IMG/VR virus record: IMGVR_UViG_3300022602_003246
Location: 1-53,112 of that record
Strand: one strand, 5' to 3'
Source of the DNA: a virus
Taxonomy: Duplodnaviria > Caudoviricetes
Length of the DNA stretch: 53,112 nt
In this document: one piece after another, positions 34,691-45,415 of the stretch
How the letters are laid out: every line of letters begins with the position of its first letter
How positions within the stretch are numbered: position 1 is the first letter of the stretch
Position numbers and translations under genes: made by a program
Notes under the pieces: generated by a model
The model's input: only the letters and a program-made list of their open reading frames with translations
Database searches by the model: none
Told to the model about the DNA's origin: nothing

Positions 34691-37600
34691 ATGTCAGTTT
34701 ATAATGGTTTAGCCACTAATTTTCAACTTGATCGTTTGATTAATGTTAGTGATAGCTGGACATTTTTAACTGGCGTTCCTATTAACAACACCATTGCAAA
34801 TACTGTAAATTTTACTGCTACGGGTATTCCTTATCATGGCTATGGCAGCATTTACCAACATATAACACCATTAGCGCAATATTATAATCGCAGTTGGGTT
34901 GATAATAGTGGTCAAAATTTAACTGCTAACCCCCAAACAACTGGTCAGCAATTGATTGGGTTTTGGCTTAATGGTATTGCAATTTATCCAGCAGCCATTG
35001 ATGCACTGCCACCGTTTGGATTTACAACGCCTGCTGGTTTTCACTTTGACCAAACATATGCAAATGGTATTCGTCAAGGACAAATTGACAATGGCGAACA
35101 CTGGTATCTGCAGGATTATGCTGGCGGTCGTGCAACCAGTGATGGTCGTTACTTTTACAATGATTATAGCTTTGCGCCAATTTGGACCAGTGGTCAAGGT
35201 GGTCGTCCTTATAGCAGCACAGTTCATGGTTTGCCAGAAATTGAAGTAATTTCTTATCTTAATGGTGGATTATTCCATAGTGATGGTCATAGTAAAATTC
35301 TTGGTTTTAGTTTAGATGGTTTTCCAATTTATGGTCCAAGCGGCTATGTAAATCCACTTGACAATACCAGTGGTGTTAAAAATATGGCAACTGGATATTC
35401 TCTCAAACCAAGTAGCTATCGTGCTGCAACAACTGCTTATGATTTAACAACATATCCAATGGGTATGTTTATTGAAGATTACCAATTCACTGGTGGCGGA
35501 GATTTAGACACTCACAACGGTCGTTACTGCGTTACACCAGATTATCCAAATGGAACTTATGCATATTTCTGCACTGTTGATAATAGCGGTTCACCTGTTT
35601 ATCCATATGTTATAGGCAATACGCTATTCCAACAAATAGATGTTATAACACAGGAATCTTCTCAAGGTTATGCATCGGATTATCCGCAATGGATTACTCC
35701 AAGTGGAAATTTAGGTAAAATTCAAGCATTACAATTTTTCCAATTAGGATTACAAGCAGTTGACCCAACTGGCAATCCAGATGGTTCCGATGTTAATTAC
35801 AGACTTATTGCTGGTAAATTGCCTGCTGGTTTGCAAGTTGATAGCAGCGGTCAAGTTAAAGGAAATCCAAAAGATACCTATAGTATTGATGGTGTTCCAG
35901 AAAGCGTTACACAAGACCGCACCAGCACATTTACTGTTCGTGCTATTGGTGCAAGTGGTAAAATTACCGACCGCAGTTTTACAATCACTGTTACAGGAAA
36001 CTATCCACCACAACTATTAACAAGTAATTATACCACTTTAGGCGAATTTATTGATGGCAGTGTCATTAGTATTCAATTAAGTGCTATTGATTTGAATAAT
36101 GATTCACTAACATTTTCATTATTAAACGGTCAACTGCCTAATGGTGTTACTCTTAGTAGTAATGGTTTAATAAGTGGACCGCTTATTCCAACATATATTC
36201 CACCAAGTGGTTGGGATATTGATTCTGTGCCATGGGATAGTTCTCCGTGGGACCAAAGCAATATTAATCTTCCTACTGGTCAATCATATGATAATATTGG
36301 TAAGATAACATATTACTTCACTGTTGAAGTAACCGATGGAAAGAGTTTTGATACTAAAGATTACAGTATTGTCGTTATTAACCACGATAGTATTACCGCC
36401 GATAACTCTCTTGTAACTGATGATGATACAAATGTAAGCAGTGATACTTCAAACTATCGTTTGCCACTATTGTTAACAACAAGTTTGGGCGATTATGCTA
36501 CATTTATTAGTGGAAATTATTTTGCTTTCAAATTTGAAGGCATTGATTACGATAATATATCAGTTGGATATAGTATTGTTGGTGTTGCTGGCACTGGATG
36601 GGATGCTGATGGAGTTCCGTGGGATGAAAGTCCATGGGATCAAAGTAACTTTAGTTTACCGCCAGGTTTAAGTTTAGATAGCAACACAGGTTGGTTAACT
36701 GGATTTGTTCCACCACAATCATATGTAAGTCAAACTTATACTTTTGGTGTTCAAGCCTATAGCACTATTGATAGCACAGTAGTAAGTCCTTATCAAGTAT
36801 TTTCAATCACAATATTGGGCGCAATCAGTCTTGGTGTAAATTGGATTACTCCCCCACTATTAGGTTCTTTCAATGCTGGTGAAGTTAGTCAGCTTACAGT
36901 TGAAGCAGTTGCAACAAGTGGTCGCAAACTTTACTACTCACTTGCAAGTGGTAGCAAAATACCACAAGGGTTGACGCTATTAAGTGATGGTTCAATCAGT
37001 GGTCGCGTTAGTTTCCAACAATTTGATTTAGATGAAGGCACAACAACTTTTGACGTGCAGAATAGCTTAAATGGTGTGACGTTGGCACCAACTACAATTG
37101 ACAGAACTTATCAATTAATTGTAGATGCAGCAGATTATAGTCAAACTATTAGTGGACAACAAACATTTACACTTACTGTTAATAACGTAACATATACTCC
37201 ATATGACAATCTATATTTGGTTTGCTTACCAAGTGTTGAAAAACGAACTATTCTTGATGCTATTTTAACAGACACTGATTATTTTGATTACAATGATATC
37301 TATCGTCCAAATGATCCATATTGGGGAGTGCAAAATGATATTAAAATTCTTGTTGGATATGGATTAACGCCAAGTCAGGCGAGTGATTATATTGCAGCAA
37401 TGCAGCGTTGGCATTATAATAAACGTTTTTACTTTGGTGACTATCATTATGCATCAGCTACAGACAGCAGCGGAAATGCTCTTTATGATGTAATATACGT
37501 TGACCTTATAGAAGATACAAAAACATATACTAAATCAGCAACTGGTATCTTAAATGGTAACACACCAAATAGTAGTTTTACTATTCCAAGTGGACAGACA

Positions 37601-38521
37601 TTATATCCAAATGATTTAAATCTTATGATTAATGATATTACCGTTGCTATTGGTGAGACTGATAGTAATACGCTTCCACAGTGGTTAACAAGTGTTCAAG
37701 CAGATGGCAATATTTTAGGATATCATACTGTTGCAGTGTTGGCTTACTTAAAACCCGGCACAGGCGAACGAGTGCTTTTTAATTTAACGAATACACCAAA
37801 GCAAGATATTAAACTTGTTCCATTTACAGCAGATCGTTATATCTTTGATAATAACATGGATATAAACTTTGATTTAAGCACTGGCAAATATGTTACCAAA
37901 TCTTATACTACATTTGATACTGGTTATGTTTTGAGTATTACACCAAGCGCAACCATTTCTTATGCAATTGACATACCATTTGATCAAGTAAACGGCCATA
38001 CAATAAATCAAATAAATGCTATAGGCGGACTTGATGGTGATGAAAGTGGTGATTGGGATGGCGCAACCATTGTGTTTAGCACACAAGAAAATTATAATCC
38101 TACGCTATTTCCAAATGAATATAATCAGGGTTGGAATTTAAATGGAGCAATTGTTCCTGGCTATGCAGAAGTTCAAAATGGCAGTGCAACTGTTAATGAA
38201 CGTGCGGGCGTTTGGACAGTTAGTATTGTAAACAGCACTGTATATCTAACATTTACACAACAAATTACAATCAATCAGGTTGTGCTGGTTCAAGAAGGCG
38301 CAAAAGCTGGCGAAACATGGCAATATACTGCTGCACATGTTGGAATTTCAAGTCAGACTGTTCCAAAATATGAACAAGTAAATATTCAAACTGTTACACT
38401 GAAATCACCAACTACTTTTGATAGTAATAAAACACAATTTATTAATAATGAGGACCAATATCAATTGCCATTTGCTAATGACAGTTATCTGAAATTTCCC
38501 CATACGACAATACTTGATTAA
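34691..38521 (+). CDS. Large virion protein with YHYH-like and Ig/cadherin-like domains
   Basis: HSKILGFSLDGFPIYG, DLDTHNGR...TPDYPNGTYAYF; repeated LPxGLxLxxxGxIxG. Confidence 0.7.
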   Translation: MSVYNGLATNFQLDRLINVSDSWTFLTGVPINNTIANTVNFTATGIPYHGYGSIYQHITPLAQYYNRSWVDNSGQNLTANPQTTGQQLIGFWLNGIAIYPAAIDALPPFGFTTPAGFHFDQTYANGIRQGQIDNGEHWYLQDYAGGRATSDGRYFYNDYSFAPIWTSGQGGRPYSSTVHGLPEIEVISYLNGGLFHSDGHSKILGFSLDGFPIYGPSGYVNPLDNTSGVKNMATGYSLKPSSYRAATTAYDLTTYPMGMFIEDYQFTGGGDLDTHNGRYCVTPDYPNGTYAYFCTVDNSGSPVYPYVIGNTLFQQIDVITQESSQGYASDYPQWITPSGNLGKIQALQFFQLGLQAVDPTGNPDGSDVNYRLIAGKLPAGLQVDSSGQVKGNPKDTYSIDGVPESVTQDRTSTFTVRAIGASGKITDRSFTITVTGNYPPQLLTSNYTTLGEFIDGSVISIQLSAIDLNNDSLTFSLLNGQLPNGVTLSSNGLISGPLIPTYIPPSGWDIDSVPWDSSPWDQSNINLPTGQSYDNIGKITYYFTVEVTDGKSFDTKDYSIVVINHDSITADNSLVTDDDTNVSSDTSNYRLPLLLTTSLGDYATFISGNYFAFKFEGIDYDNISVGYSIVGVAGTGWDADGVPWDESPWDQSNFSLPPGLSLDSNTGWLTGFVPPQSYVSQTYTFGVQAYSTIDSTVVSPYQVFSITILGAISLGVNWITPPLLGSFNAGEVSQLTVEAVATSGRKLYYSLASGSKIPQGLTLLSDGSISGRVSFQQFDLDEGTTTFDVQNSLNGVTLAPTTIDRTYQLIVDAADYSQTISGQQTFTLTVNNVTYTPYDNLYLVCLPSVEKRTILDAILTDTDYFDYNDIYRPNDPYWGVQNDIKILVGYGLTPSQASDYIAAMQRWHYNKRFYFGDYHYASATDSSGNALYDVIYVDLIEDTKTYTKSATGILNGNTPNSSFTIPSGQTLYPNDLNLMINDITVAIGETDSNTLPQWLTSVQADGNILGYHTVAVLAYLKPGTGERVLFNLTNTPKQDIKLVPFTADRYIFDNNMDINFDLSTGKYVTKSYTTFDTGYVLSITPSATISYAIDIPFDQVNGHTINQINAIGGLDGDESGDWDGATIVFSTQENYNPTLFPNEYNQGWNLNGAIVPGYAEVQNGSATVNERAGVWTVSIVNSTVYLTFTQQITINQVVLVQEGAKAGETWQYTAAHVGISSQTVPKYEQVNIQTVTLKSPTTFDSNKTQFINNEDQYQLPFANDSYLKFPHTTILD

Positions 38522-38591
38522 TTTAAAGACTGAATTTATCTGGCAATAAATAACCTATAACAGCTAAATATTTTAGACATGGAAATCATAA

Positions 38592-39500
38592 ATGAGTAAC
38601 GTAAACCCAAATAATATCAATGGTGCATATCCAGTAGCGGGCGTTGATAACGACAGCCAAGGATTTCGTGATAACTTTACGAACATTAAAAACAATTTCA
38701 CTTATACAGCAGCAGAACTTACTGACTTGCAGAATAAGGCAATTGTTAAAAGTGCGCTAACTGGAACTACTCTTAATAACAATATGGCTGGCACATTATT
38801 AAGTAGTGCACAAATCCAAGATTTCCGTGAAACAGAGTATGATAATGGTATTATTTCTACAAACGTGACACTTGACCATACTCGCGGTCACTATCAAAAA
38901 GTTCAAACAAACGGCACAATTACACTTGCATTTGCTAACTTCCCAGCAGCAGGCACAGTTGGACGTATTCGCCTAAAACTTAATGTTACTAATAGTGCAC
39001 ATACAGTTATTCTACCTGCAAGTGTAACAATTGCAACAGGCGCAACATATATTCAAGAATATAACCAACTTACAAATACTTTAAGCTTTAATGGCAGTGG
39101 TGTTGGTATATATTGGTTTGAATTTATAAGTGATGATGCTGGCAATACTGTTTATATCCAAGACTTAATTCGTCAGCGCAATAATACAGATTATGTTTAT
39201 GCAAATATTTCAAACGGAACAGTTGCATCACCAACTTATGTTAATGTTGCAACACAACGCACATTCATTGATAATGCTGGTAATGCAATTGCAAACATCA
39301 ATGTGTTATTGCCACAAAATCCAGTAGATGGCAGCGGTATCCAGATTGCAACACAGCCATCAATTGCTAACTTGTTCCTTATTGCTAACAGCACTGCTGG
39401 CACAACTATTAACGGTAATATTACAACACTATCCGCTAACAGTCATGCAGAGTGGACATATCTTGCTACACCTAATAAGTGGTTTAGAAGTTCGCTTTAA
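38592..39500 (+). CDS. Virion structural protein
   Basis: YPVAGVDNDSQGFRDNF N-terminus; C-terminal domain resembles that of 32542-34659. Confidence 0.65.
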   Translation: MSNVNPNNINGAYPVAGVDNDSQGFRDNFTNIKNNFTYTAAELTDLQNKAIVKSALTGTTLNNNMAGTLLSSAQIQDFRETEYDNGIISTNVTLDHTRGHYQKVQTNGTITLAFANFPAAGTVGRIRLKLNVTNSAHTVILPASVTIATGATYIQEYNQLTNTLSFNGSGVGIYWFEFISDDAGNTVYIQDLIRQRNNTDYVYANISNGTVASPTYVNVATQRTFIDNAGNAIANINVLLPQNPVDGSGIQIATQPSIANLFLIANSTAGTTINGNITTLSANSHAEWTYLATPNKWFRSSL

Positions 39501-39547
39501 TATTGACTAATTAACTCTTTGACGCTATATTAGTGTAGGAGTAAATT

Positions 39548-39964
39548 ATGACAGACCTTAAACTGTATCAAGAATTTGTAAGTGCTGTAACAAGCGACCC
39601 AAGCAAGCATGAGTATGCTTTTAGCGAAAGATTTGACCAATTAAGCCAATATCAAGAAGATAAAACTAAGATTAATCCAGCATTACTTCTTACTGCTGGC
39701 ATGGGTTTAAGTGCTGAAAGTGGTGAATTTAATGAAATCATTAAGAAGATGTTTTTTCAAGGCAAGCCACTTAATGCTGAAAATGTATTTCATATGAAGC
39801 GTGAACTTGGTGACATTATGTGGTATTGGGTAAATGCTTGCACTGCTCTTGGTCTTGATCCAAATGATGTAATTAATGAAAATGTAAAGAAATTAGAATC
39901 ACGTTATCCAGGTGGAAAATTTGATGCTTGGCATAGTGAAAACCGTGTAAAAGGCGATTTATAA
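39548..39964 (+). CDS. MazG-like NTP pyrophosphohydrolase
   Basis: GLSAESGEFNEIIKK...RELGDIMWY...NVKKLESRY. Confidence 0.88.
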   Translation: MTDLKLYQEFVSAVTSDPSKHEYAFSERFDQLSQYQEDKTKINPALLLTAGMGLSAESGEFNEIIKKMFFQGKPLNAENVFHMKRELGDIMWYWVNACTALGLDPNDVINENVKKLESRYPGGKFDAWHSENRVKGDL

Positions 39965-40200
39965 TGTTTAATCCTATGATTGAAAACTTGTCTGAAAAAT
40001 CACTTGATGATTTATTAAAAGTAACCAACGATTTGAATAAAAAAATGAGTTGGGCAGCGCGAATGGGACACAATCATATGATACCACAGATGCGCAGCGT
40101 CGTATACACATATCAAGAAGAAATCAATAAACGCTATGCAGCAGAAGCGGAAGCAGCTAAAGAAAATCCAATTTTCAAGGATAGTTTGGATATCGGATGA
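39964..40200 (+). CDS. Hypothetical protein
   Basis: Coupled ORF. Confidence 0.6.
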   Translation: MFNPMIENLSEKSLDDLLKVTNDLNKKMSWAARMGHNHMIPQMRSVVYTYQEEINKRYAAEAEAAKENPIFKDSLDIG

Positions 40201-40850
40201 GTGATGTTAGTTGGCAAGCAGAATTTACCGCTATAAATTGCTATAAAGATGTTCTTGAGCCTTGTAGTTACTCAATTAGCATTGACTTTAATGACCATTC
40301 ACAAGAGGAAGAAGACCCTTATACATGTTTTGGTCGTATTCGCAATTTAATCAAAGATTTATATCAAGATTCTATATTTGTATATGTTGGTAATCCACTA
40401 CTTCCTACATTACATAAAAAACTAAGTTCACGTATTATTACGCTGCCTTATGCTCCAAGCAACTTTGTAATTGGTGTTGTTACATGGTATAAAATTTTAA
40501 GCATTACACAAGGTCGTGTTAGTCTTGAACATATTGCGGTTTCATGTGATAAAAGCGACGACATGACACTGCATGTTGATGAAGATATTGCAACAAACGA
40601 TGAAGTAATGAATGATTTGGCTTTTAAGAATTGGGATAGACCAGCATGGTGGTTTAGAAACACACCAACTACGTGGGATATTCCAATTAAAAAAAATAAA
40701 GAAATCACTATGGACTATGACTATGCTGAATGGCCAGAATATTTGCAATGGGAAAAGAAACCTGTTACAATAGAAAAAAAGAAAGCAAAGAGCAATATCA
40801 TTCCACTCAAGAAATGGAAACCAGAGGTTATCAAAGGTGATAAAAACTGA
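40197..40850 (+). CDS. Hypothetical protein
   Basis: Coupled 217-aa ORF. Confidence 0.6.
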   Translation: MSDVSWQAEFTAINCYKDVLEPCSYSISIDFNDHSQEEEDPYTCFGRIRNLIKDLYQDSIFVYVGNPLLPTLHKKLSSRIITLPYAPSNFVIGVVTWYKILSITQGRVSLEHIAVSCDKSDDMTLHVDEDIATNDEVMNDLAFKNWDRPAWWFRNTPTTWDIPIKKNKEITMDYDYAEWPEYLQWEKKPVTIEKKKAKSNIIPLKKWKPEVIKGDKN

Positions 40851-41352
40851 CGAGTATGGTCGTAGCGTAATCAGTGATAGTGAATTGGCTGAATTACTTT
40901 ATGTAAATCCACAGCTTTCTTTTGATGATATTGCTATTGTTGATCCAGAAAAATACAATTCTGCTATCAAAAGTTTGTATATTGATTATCACCCATTAAA
41001 AAAATTAGCAACACTTAATGGAACTGCACACGATTTTCATACCCAAAACCAACAAGAATGGTTTATGCCAGATGAATATAAAAACATGGATATTGCCAAG
41101 TGGGTGTTGGACCAGTGTGCAGACCAAAATGAATTGCAACGTGCTGGTCAAGAACTAATGGAATATGCTGAAAGAAACTTATTGCCACTATTACAATACT
41201 TAAAATATCTTGTTGACACGATGCGGCAGAATAATGTAGTATGGGGAGTAGGTCGTGGCAGTAGTGTAGCAAGTTTTGTGCTATACTTAATTGGTGTCCA
41301 CAGAATACACAGTCTAAAACAAAATTTAGACTTCGGGGAATTTATGCGGTAA
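40837..41352 (+). CDS. DNA polymerase III alpha (DnaE) palm-region fragment
   Basis: WGVGRGSSVASFVLYLIGV...LDFGEFM. Confidence 0.8.
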   Translation: MIKTDEYGRSVISDSELAELLYVNPQLSFDDIAIVDPEKYNSAIKSLYIDYHPLKKLATLNGTAHDFHTQNQQEWFMPDEYKNMDIAKWVLDQCADQNELQRAGQELMEYAERNLLPLLQYLKYLVDTMRQNNVVWGVGRGSSVASFVLYLIGVHRIHSLKQNLDFGEFMR

Positions 41353-41373
41353 ATACCGTAGGAGTAATAATAA

Positions 41374-41790
41374 ATGCATCGGACTGCAAATGGTAAATTC
41401 TTAGATATGAACGCGCTAAGAATTAAAAGTGAAAGAACTATCGCTGTTGGTAACAGCAAACAAAATGCTCGTGGCGATATATTAGGACAAGGGGGTCAAA
41501 TTGTGAAGACTCGTGACCAAATTATGAATGAATATTATAACGCTCAAAAAGGTTCGCCACTGAGTGATAATACTGTATATAATAATACAGATGAAGTCAA
41601 TGCAGCAGCAGTTGCAGATATTTTTGCTGATCCTATGCCAAATGGTTTGGAAGATATTATTACTTCTCAACAAGATACAGTGTCAGTTGAACCGCTTACA
41701 CCAGTATCACAAACAGGTGGCATTGCAGATGCAACCGCTCGCAGTGAAGAATTAGCAGAACGTTTAAGAAGCCAGAGACGCAGAATATGA
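41374..41790 (+). CDS. Hypothetical protein
   Basis: AVGN..NARGD.LG.GG motif; AGGAG SD. Confidence 0.6.
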   Translation: MHRTANGKFLDMNALRIKSERTIAVGNSKQNARGDILGQGGQIVKTRDQIMNEYYNAQKGSPLSDNTVYNNTDEVNAAAVADIFADPMPNGLEDIITSQQDTVSVEPLTPVSQTGGIADATARSEELAERLRSQRRRI

Positions 41791-42173
41791 TAGAACTCAA
41801 CAAAGCAAAAAGTAGCCTACATCACGTACACGAAGATTATCGTAAAATTACTCCAACCAAAAACAATGTTCTTGTAAAGGATATGGATTTTGGTGAACGC
41901 ATGACACTTGGTGGCATTATCATTATTGATGATGACAAGAAAGGTCAAGGTATTCGTCCTCGTTGGGCACAAGTTGTTGCTGTTGGACGACTACAAGAAG
42001 ATGTTAAGCCAGGTGAATATATTCTTGTTGCACATGGTCGTTGGACTCGTGGTCTTGATATGACAGATGAAAATGGTGAAACAACTACAGTTCGTCTCGT
42101 TGACCCTAAAGATATTCTATTATCCAGCGACGAGCCACCAAAGGAAGATTTGACCTTTGGCGATTATCTTTGA
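41787..42173 (+). CDS. groES: GroES-like co-chaperonin
   Basis: TLGGIII, AQVVAVG and VKPGEYIL. Confidence 0.75.
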   Translation: MIELNKAKSSLHHVHEDYRKITPTKNNVLVKDMDFGERMTLGGIIIIDDDKKGQGIRPRWAQVVAVGRLQEDVKPGEYILVAHGRWTRGLDMTDENGETTTVRLVDPKDILLSSDEPPKEDLTFGDYL

Positions 42174-42204
42174 CATTCCCCTAATATTATGTTAGTATAA
42201 TAAT

Positions 42205-43134
42205 ATGATTACAAATTATCTTTGGACAGAAAAACACCGCCCACGCACGGTAAACGATTATGTTTGGCGTGATGAACAGCAAGAAACCCAAGTTCGTCAG
42301 TGGGTAAGTGAAAAGAATATTCCACATCTGCTATTCAGTGGCGGACCTGGAACAGGCAAAACCACGCTTGCTAAGGTTCTTATGAACGATCTTGGCATTG
42401 AAGATTATGATGTGATGCAAATCAATGCTTCCAGAGATAACGGCGTTGATTTTATTCGTGAACGCATTGAAGGATTTGTGTCTACGATGCCATTTGGTGA
42501 ATTTAAGGTAGTGCTGTTGGATGAGGCAGATTATCTGTCGCCTAACGCACAAGCAGTGTTGCGTGGGCTGATGGAGACCTACAGCAGCACTGCTCGTTTT
42601 ATTATGACATGCAATTATCCTAACAAGATTATTCCAGCGTTGCATAGTCGTTGTCAAGGTTTCCATATTGAAAAACTTGATAAAACAGAATTTACTGCAC
42701 GAGCAGCTACAATTCTTGTTGAAGAAAATATACTCTTTGAACTGGATGTTTTAGATACCTATGTTAGCGCACAGTATCCAGATTTGCGCAAGTGTATCAA
42801 TTCACTGCAGAGTGGCAGTAGTAATGGTGTTCTACAAACTATATCACAAGGTTCACAGAATAGCAGTGATTATAGATTGCAAGCAGTTGAATTGTTTAAG
42901 GCAAAGAAAATTCGTGAAGCACGTAAGCTAATTTGTAGTCAAGTTCGTCCCGATGAAATGGAAGAAGTATTTCGTTGGATGTATGATAATCTTGATTTAT
43001 TTGCAAGTAGTGACGAAGCGCAAGACCGTGCTATTATTATCATCCGCAATGGATTAGTAAATCATAGCATGGTTGCTGATGCTGAAATCAATTTAAGTGC
43101 TACATTTTGTGAGTTGGCAGAACTAAATGAGTAA
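42205..43134 (+). CDS. Clamp loader AAA+ subunit (RFC small/gp44-like)
   Basis: WTEKHRP, GGPGTGKTT, NAS, LDEAD and SRC. Confidence 0.92.
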   Translation: MITNYLWTEKHRPRTVNDYVWRDEQQETQVRQWVSEKNIPHLLFSGGPGTGKTTLAKVLMNDLGIEDYDVMQINASRDNGVDFIRERIEGFVSTMPFGEFKVVLLDEADYLSPNAQAVLRGLMETYSSTARFIMTCNYPNKIIPALHSRCQGFHIEKLDKTEFTARAATILVEENILFELDVLDTYVSAQYPDLRKCINSLQSGSSNGVLQTISQGSQNSSDYRLQAVELFKAKKIREARKLICSQVRPDEMEEVFRWMYDNLDLFASSDEAQDRAIIIIRNGLVNHSMVADAEINLSATFCELAELNE

Positions 43135-43495
43135 AGCCATGAGTCAAAAAGACCCAGAATCTTTTTTGCATTGGTTTTGGCAAAATCACAATCAAAAGCT
43201 TAGACGTCGAAAGTTTACAGATAGTGAAAAAGAATTACTGCGACCAATAGCCGAAGTCATGGCTATAATGGATGGTAACGCTTTCTTTGGAATGACTCGC
43301 AACGATCAAGGCGAAGATACTTGGTATGAGCAATATCTACCAGAAGCATGGGCAGTATACAATGCGCAAGGAAAAGACGGCGGCTGGATCAATGAAACAA
43401 GTTGGGCTAAAAACCTGCAACATGAAAACGTCGCCGTCAAAGATGCCTATGAACAATGGCGTTTGCTAAAATTACTCAGTCGTAAAATTATCTAA
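43127..43495 (+). CDS. Hypothetical protein
   Basis: Coupled ORF. Confidence 0.6.
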   Translation: MSKAMSQKDPESFLHWFWQNHNQKLRRRKFTDSEKELLRPIAEVMAIMDGNAFFGMTRNDQGEDTWYEQYLPEAWAVYNAQGKDGGWINETSWAKNLQHENVAVKDAYEQWRLLKLLSRKII

Positions 43496-44246
43496 TATCA
43501 CCATATATTCGCAACACTTCTTCTACTGCTGGATGTCGTTCAATATCTTTTCCAGTAAATTCAATAGTTCCTACATGTTCACTATCGCGGAAACTATTGA
43601 TTAGTTTGCTAAAATCTAACAAACCATTTTCACCTTCTGTTCTATCAGTTTGACGAACGTCACCTGTTACAATAATGCGACTACCTTCGCCAATGCGCGT
43701 TAGCAACATCTTCATTTGATTAGGTGTAGCATTTTGCATTTCATCGGCAATGATAAGTGCATTTTTAAATGTGCGACCACGCATAAAAGCAAGTGGGCAA
43801 ATTTCAATAACACCGTTTTCAATCATAGAAAGAGTATCACGCGGTGTATAATATTCATGAAGAACATCAAATAGTGGTTTTGTCCATGGTTCCATCTTTT
43901 GAACTAAATCACCTGGTAAAAAGCCATGACGTTCACCTTCAACACCAACTGCTGGTCTTGTCATAACAATTTTATCAATTTCACGTTCTTTCAGAAATTT
44001 AATTGCTGCTTGCATAGCAAGTAGCGTTTTACCTGTGCCTGCTGGTCCGCTTGCAATAATAATACTCACAGCAGGGTCCATTAGCAGTGATAGGTAATTT
44101 TCTTGGTTTAAATTTCTTGGGATGATTTCTACAGTTCGTTTTTTCTGTGGAAGGAACTGTTCTATTTGTGTAACATTGTAATAATTTTTAGATTGTGATG
44201 CGTTGTTTGGGTTCATATGGTCTTTTAGTCTCTGTTTACGCTTCAT
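43488..44246 (-). CDS. phoH: PhoH-like ATPase
   Basis: GPAGTGKT, GFLPG, AFMRGRTF, DEMQN, LTRIG and GDVRQTD. Confidence 0.93.
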   Translation of the reverse strand: MKRKQRLKDHMNPNNASQSKNYYNVTQIEQFLPQKKRTVEIIPRNLNQENYLSLLMDPAVSIIIASGPAGTGKTLLAMQAAIKFLKEREIDKIVMTRPAVGVEGERHGFLPGDLVQKMEPWTKPLFDVLHEYYTPRDTLSMIENGVIEICPLAFMRGRTFKNALIIADEMQNATPNQMKMLLTRIGEGSRIIVTGDVRQTDRTEGENGLLDFSKLINSFRDSEHVGTIEFTGKDIERHPAVEEVLRIYGDIR

Positions 44247-44364
44247 GAATTATTATCTCTCCGTGCTGGTTGTAGCACAAAAGTATTTAAGATTGAGTAT
44301 ATGACATTATCATGTAATAGTTGTATGTGCCTTTTAGATATAAATATCATAGGATTGTCTCACA

Positions 44365-44910
44365 ATGGATATTAAACAGAATTTAAAAACTATCAAGCAG
44401 ATTTATATGAGCGATGCTTCTATAAGCATGCTTTGCGATTTTGAACGTGTGTTAGATAGTATGGACTTTTATACTTTTCCAAACTGGCGTATTGGTGAAT
44501 TGGTTGAAGGTCCAATCGTTAGTCGTTATTGGGTAAAGTGCACTTTTATGTGGCCACTTGATCGTATGCCAGATCCAGCCGCTGCAAAGCGACTGCTTCC
44601 ATATGGTGCGAAGATTGTTTATAAAAAAGATAAAGTTCAAATGCCAGTGAGTATCCGCAGTCCAGCAGATATTCGACCAGGCAGCCATAAAGGAAAGTTG
44701 GTTGATTTTCCAATTTGGTATGTAGAAATGTTGTTACCTAAAAAATTGCTTGGTGATATTAAGCAAGGCAGTGTGGATATTGCTGGTGAAGAAGTTGATT
44801 TAGCAGATTTACAAGCAAGCATTGAAAAAGGATTGACTGATCAATCATCTAAAGACAATGGTGCAGAAGAGCCAGAAACACAGGAACAAGAAAATGAACA
44901 AACAGCTTAA
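44365..44910 (+). CDS. Conserved jumbo-phage hypothetical protein
   Basis: DFERVLD...NW..GELVEGP...MPDP; TATAAATA upstream. Confidence 0.65.
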   Translation: MDIKQNLKTIKQIYMSDASISMLCDFERVLDSMDFYTFPNWRIGELVEGPIVSRYWVKCTFMWPLDRMPDPAAAKRLLPYGAKIVYKKDKVQMPVSIRSPADIRPGSHKGKLVDFPIWYVEMLLPKKLLGDIKQGSVDIAGEEVDLADLQASIEKGLTDQSSKDNGAEEPETQEQENEQTA

Positions 44911-45415
44911 CGAAGGTTTACAAGCTGAAGACCTAAAGTATTTGGTAGCTGATACTATTCACATTGATGAATATAACAGCAAAATGGGTGAACCAAGTGA
45001 TGTTGTGACTTTAAGTTTTAAAGTTAAAGATTTAATGCCAGCGAATGATTTGGTAAGTTTTCTTGAAAATGGTTATGATTTTGTTTTAGATGCTGATGTA
45101 AGCAGTGGTGAAATTCGTGATAATGAACGTGTAGTATTCGTGGAAGTTCAACGTAGACCAGGCATTTACAAATATGTAAGCGAAATGTTAGATGACCTAA
45201 ATCACCTTACTGGTATTAAAAGAGATGATTGGAAATTTCGTTGGTATAAAAGCGACGATTATGTGCAGATGAATGAGGAAAACTTTGATAAGTTTGTACC
45301 ATTGACTGCTGAAAATTATGACAAAAGCATAGAATCCTTTAACAGTGTAAAATCAAATACCCAAAAACTAAATAGCGACATAGAGGCAATCAAAAAACTA
45401 AGCGGGATCATCTAA
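44894..45415 (+). CDS. Hypothetical protein
   Basis: Probable start MNKQLNEG with AGGA SD. Confidence 0.6.
   Translation: MNKQLNEGLQAEDLKYLVADTIHIDEYNSKMGEPSDVVTLSFKVKDLMPANDLVSFLENGYDFVLDADVSSGEIRDNERVVFVEVQRRPGIYKYVSEMLDDLNHLTGIKRDDWKFRWYKSDDYVQMNEENFDKFVPLTAENYDKSIESFNSVKSNTQKLNSDIEAIKKLSGII

Noticed and set aside
33719-38086. Alternative-frame and antisense ORFs inside structural genes, and similar ones throughout the window
   Set aside because: Fully nested in well-supported genes, with no SD or motifs; explained by codon bias.
32542-39500. Diversity-generating retroelement acting on tail genes
   Set aside because: No reverse transcriptase and no template/variable repeat pair differing at adenines in this window.
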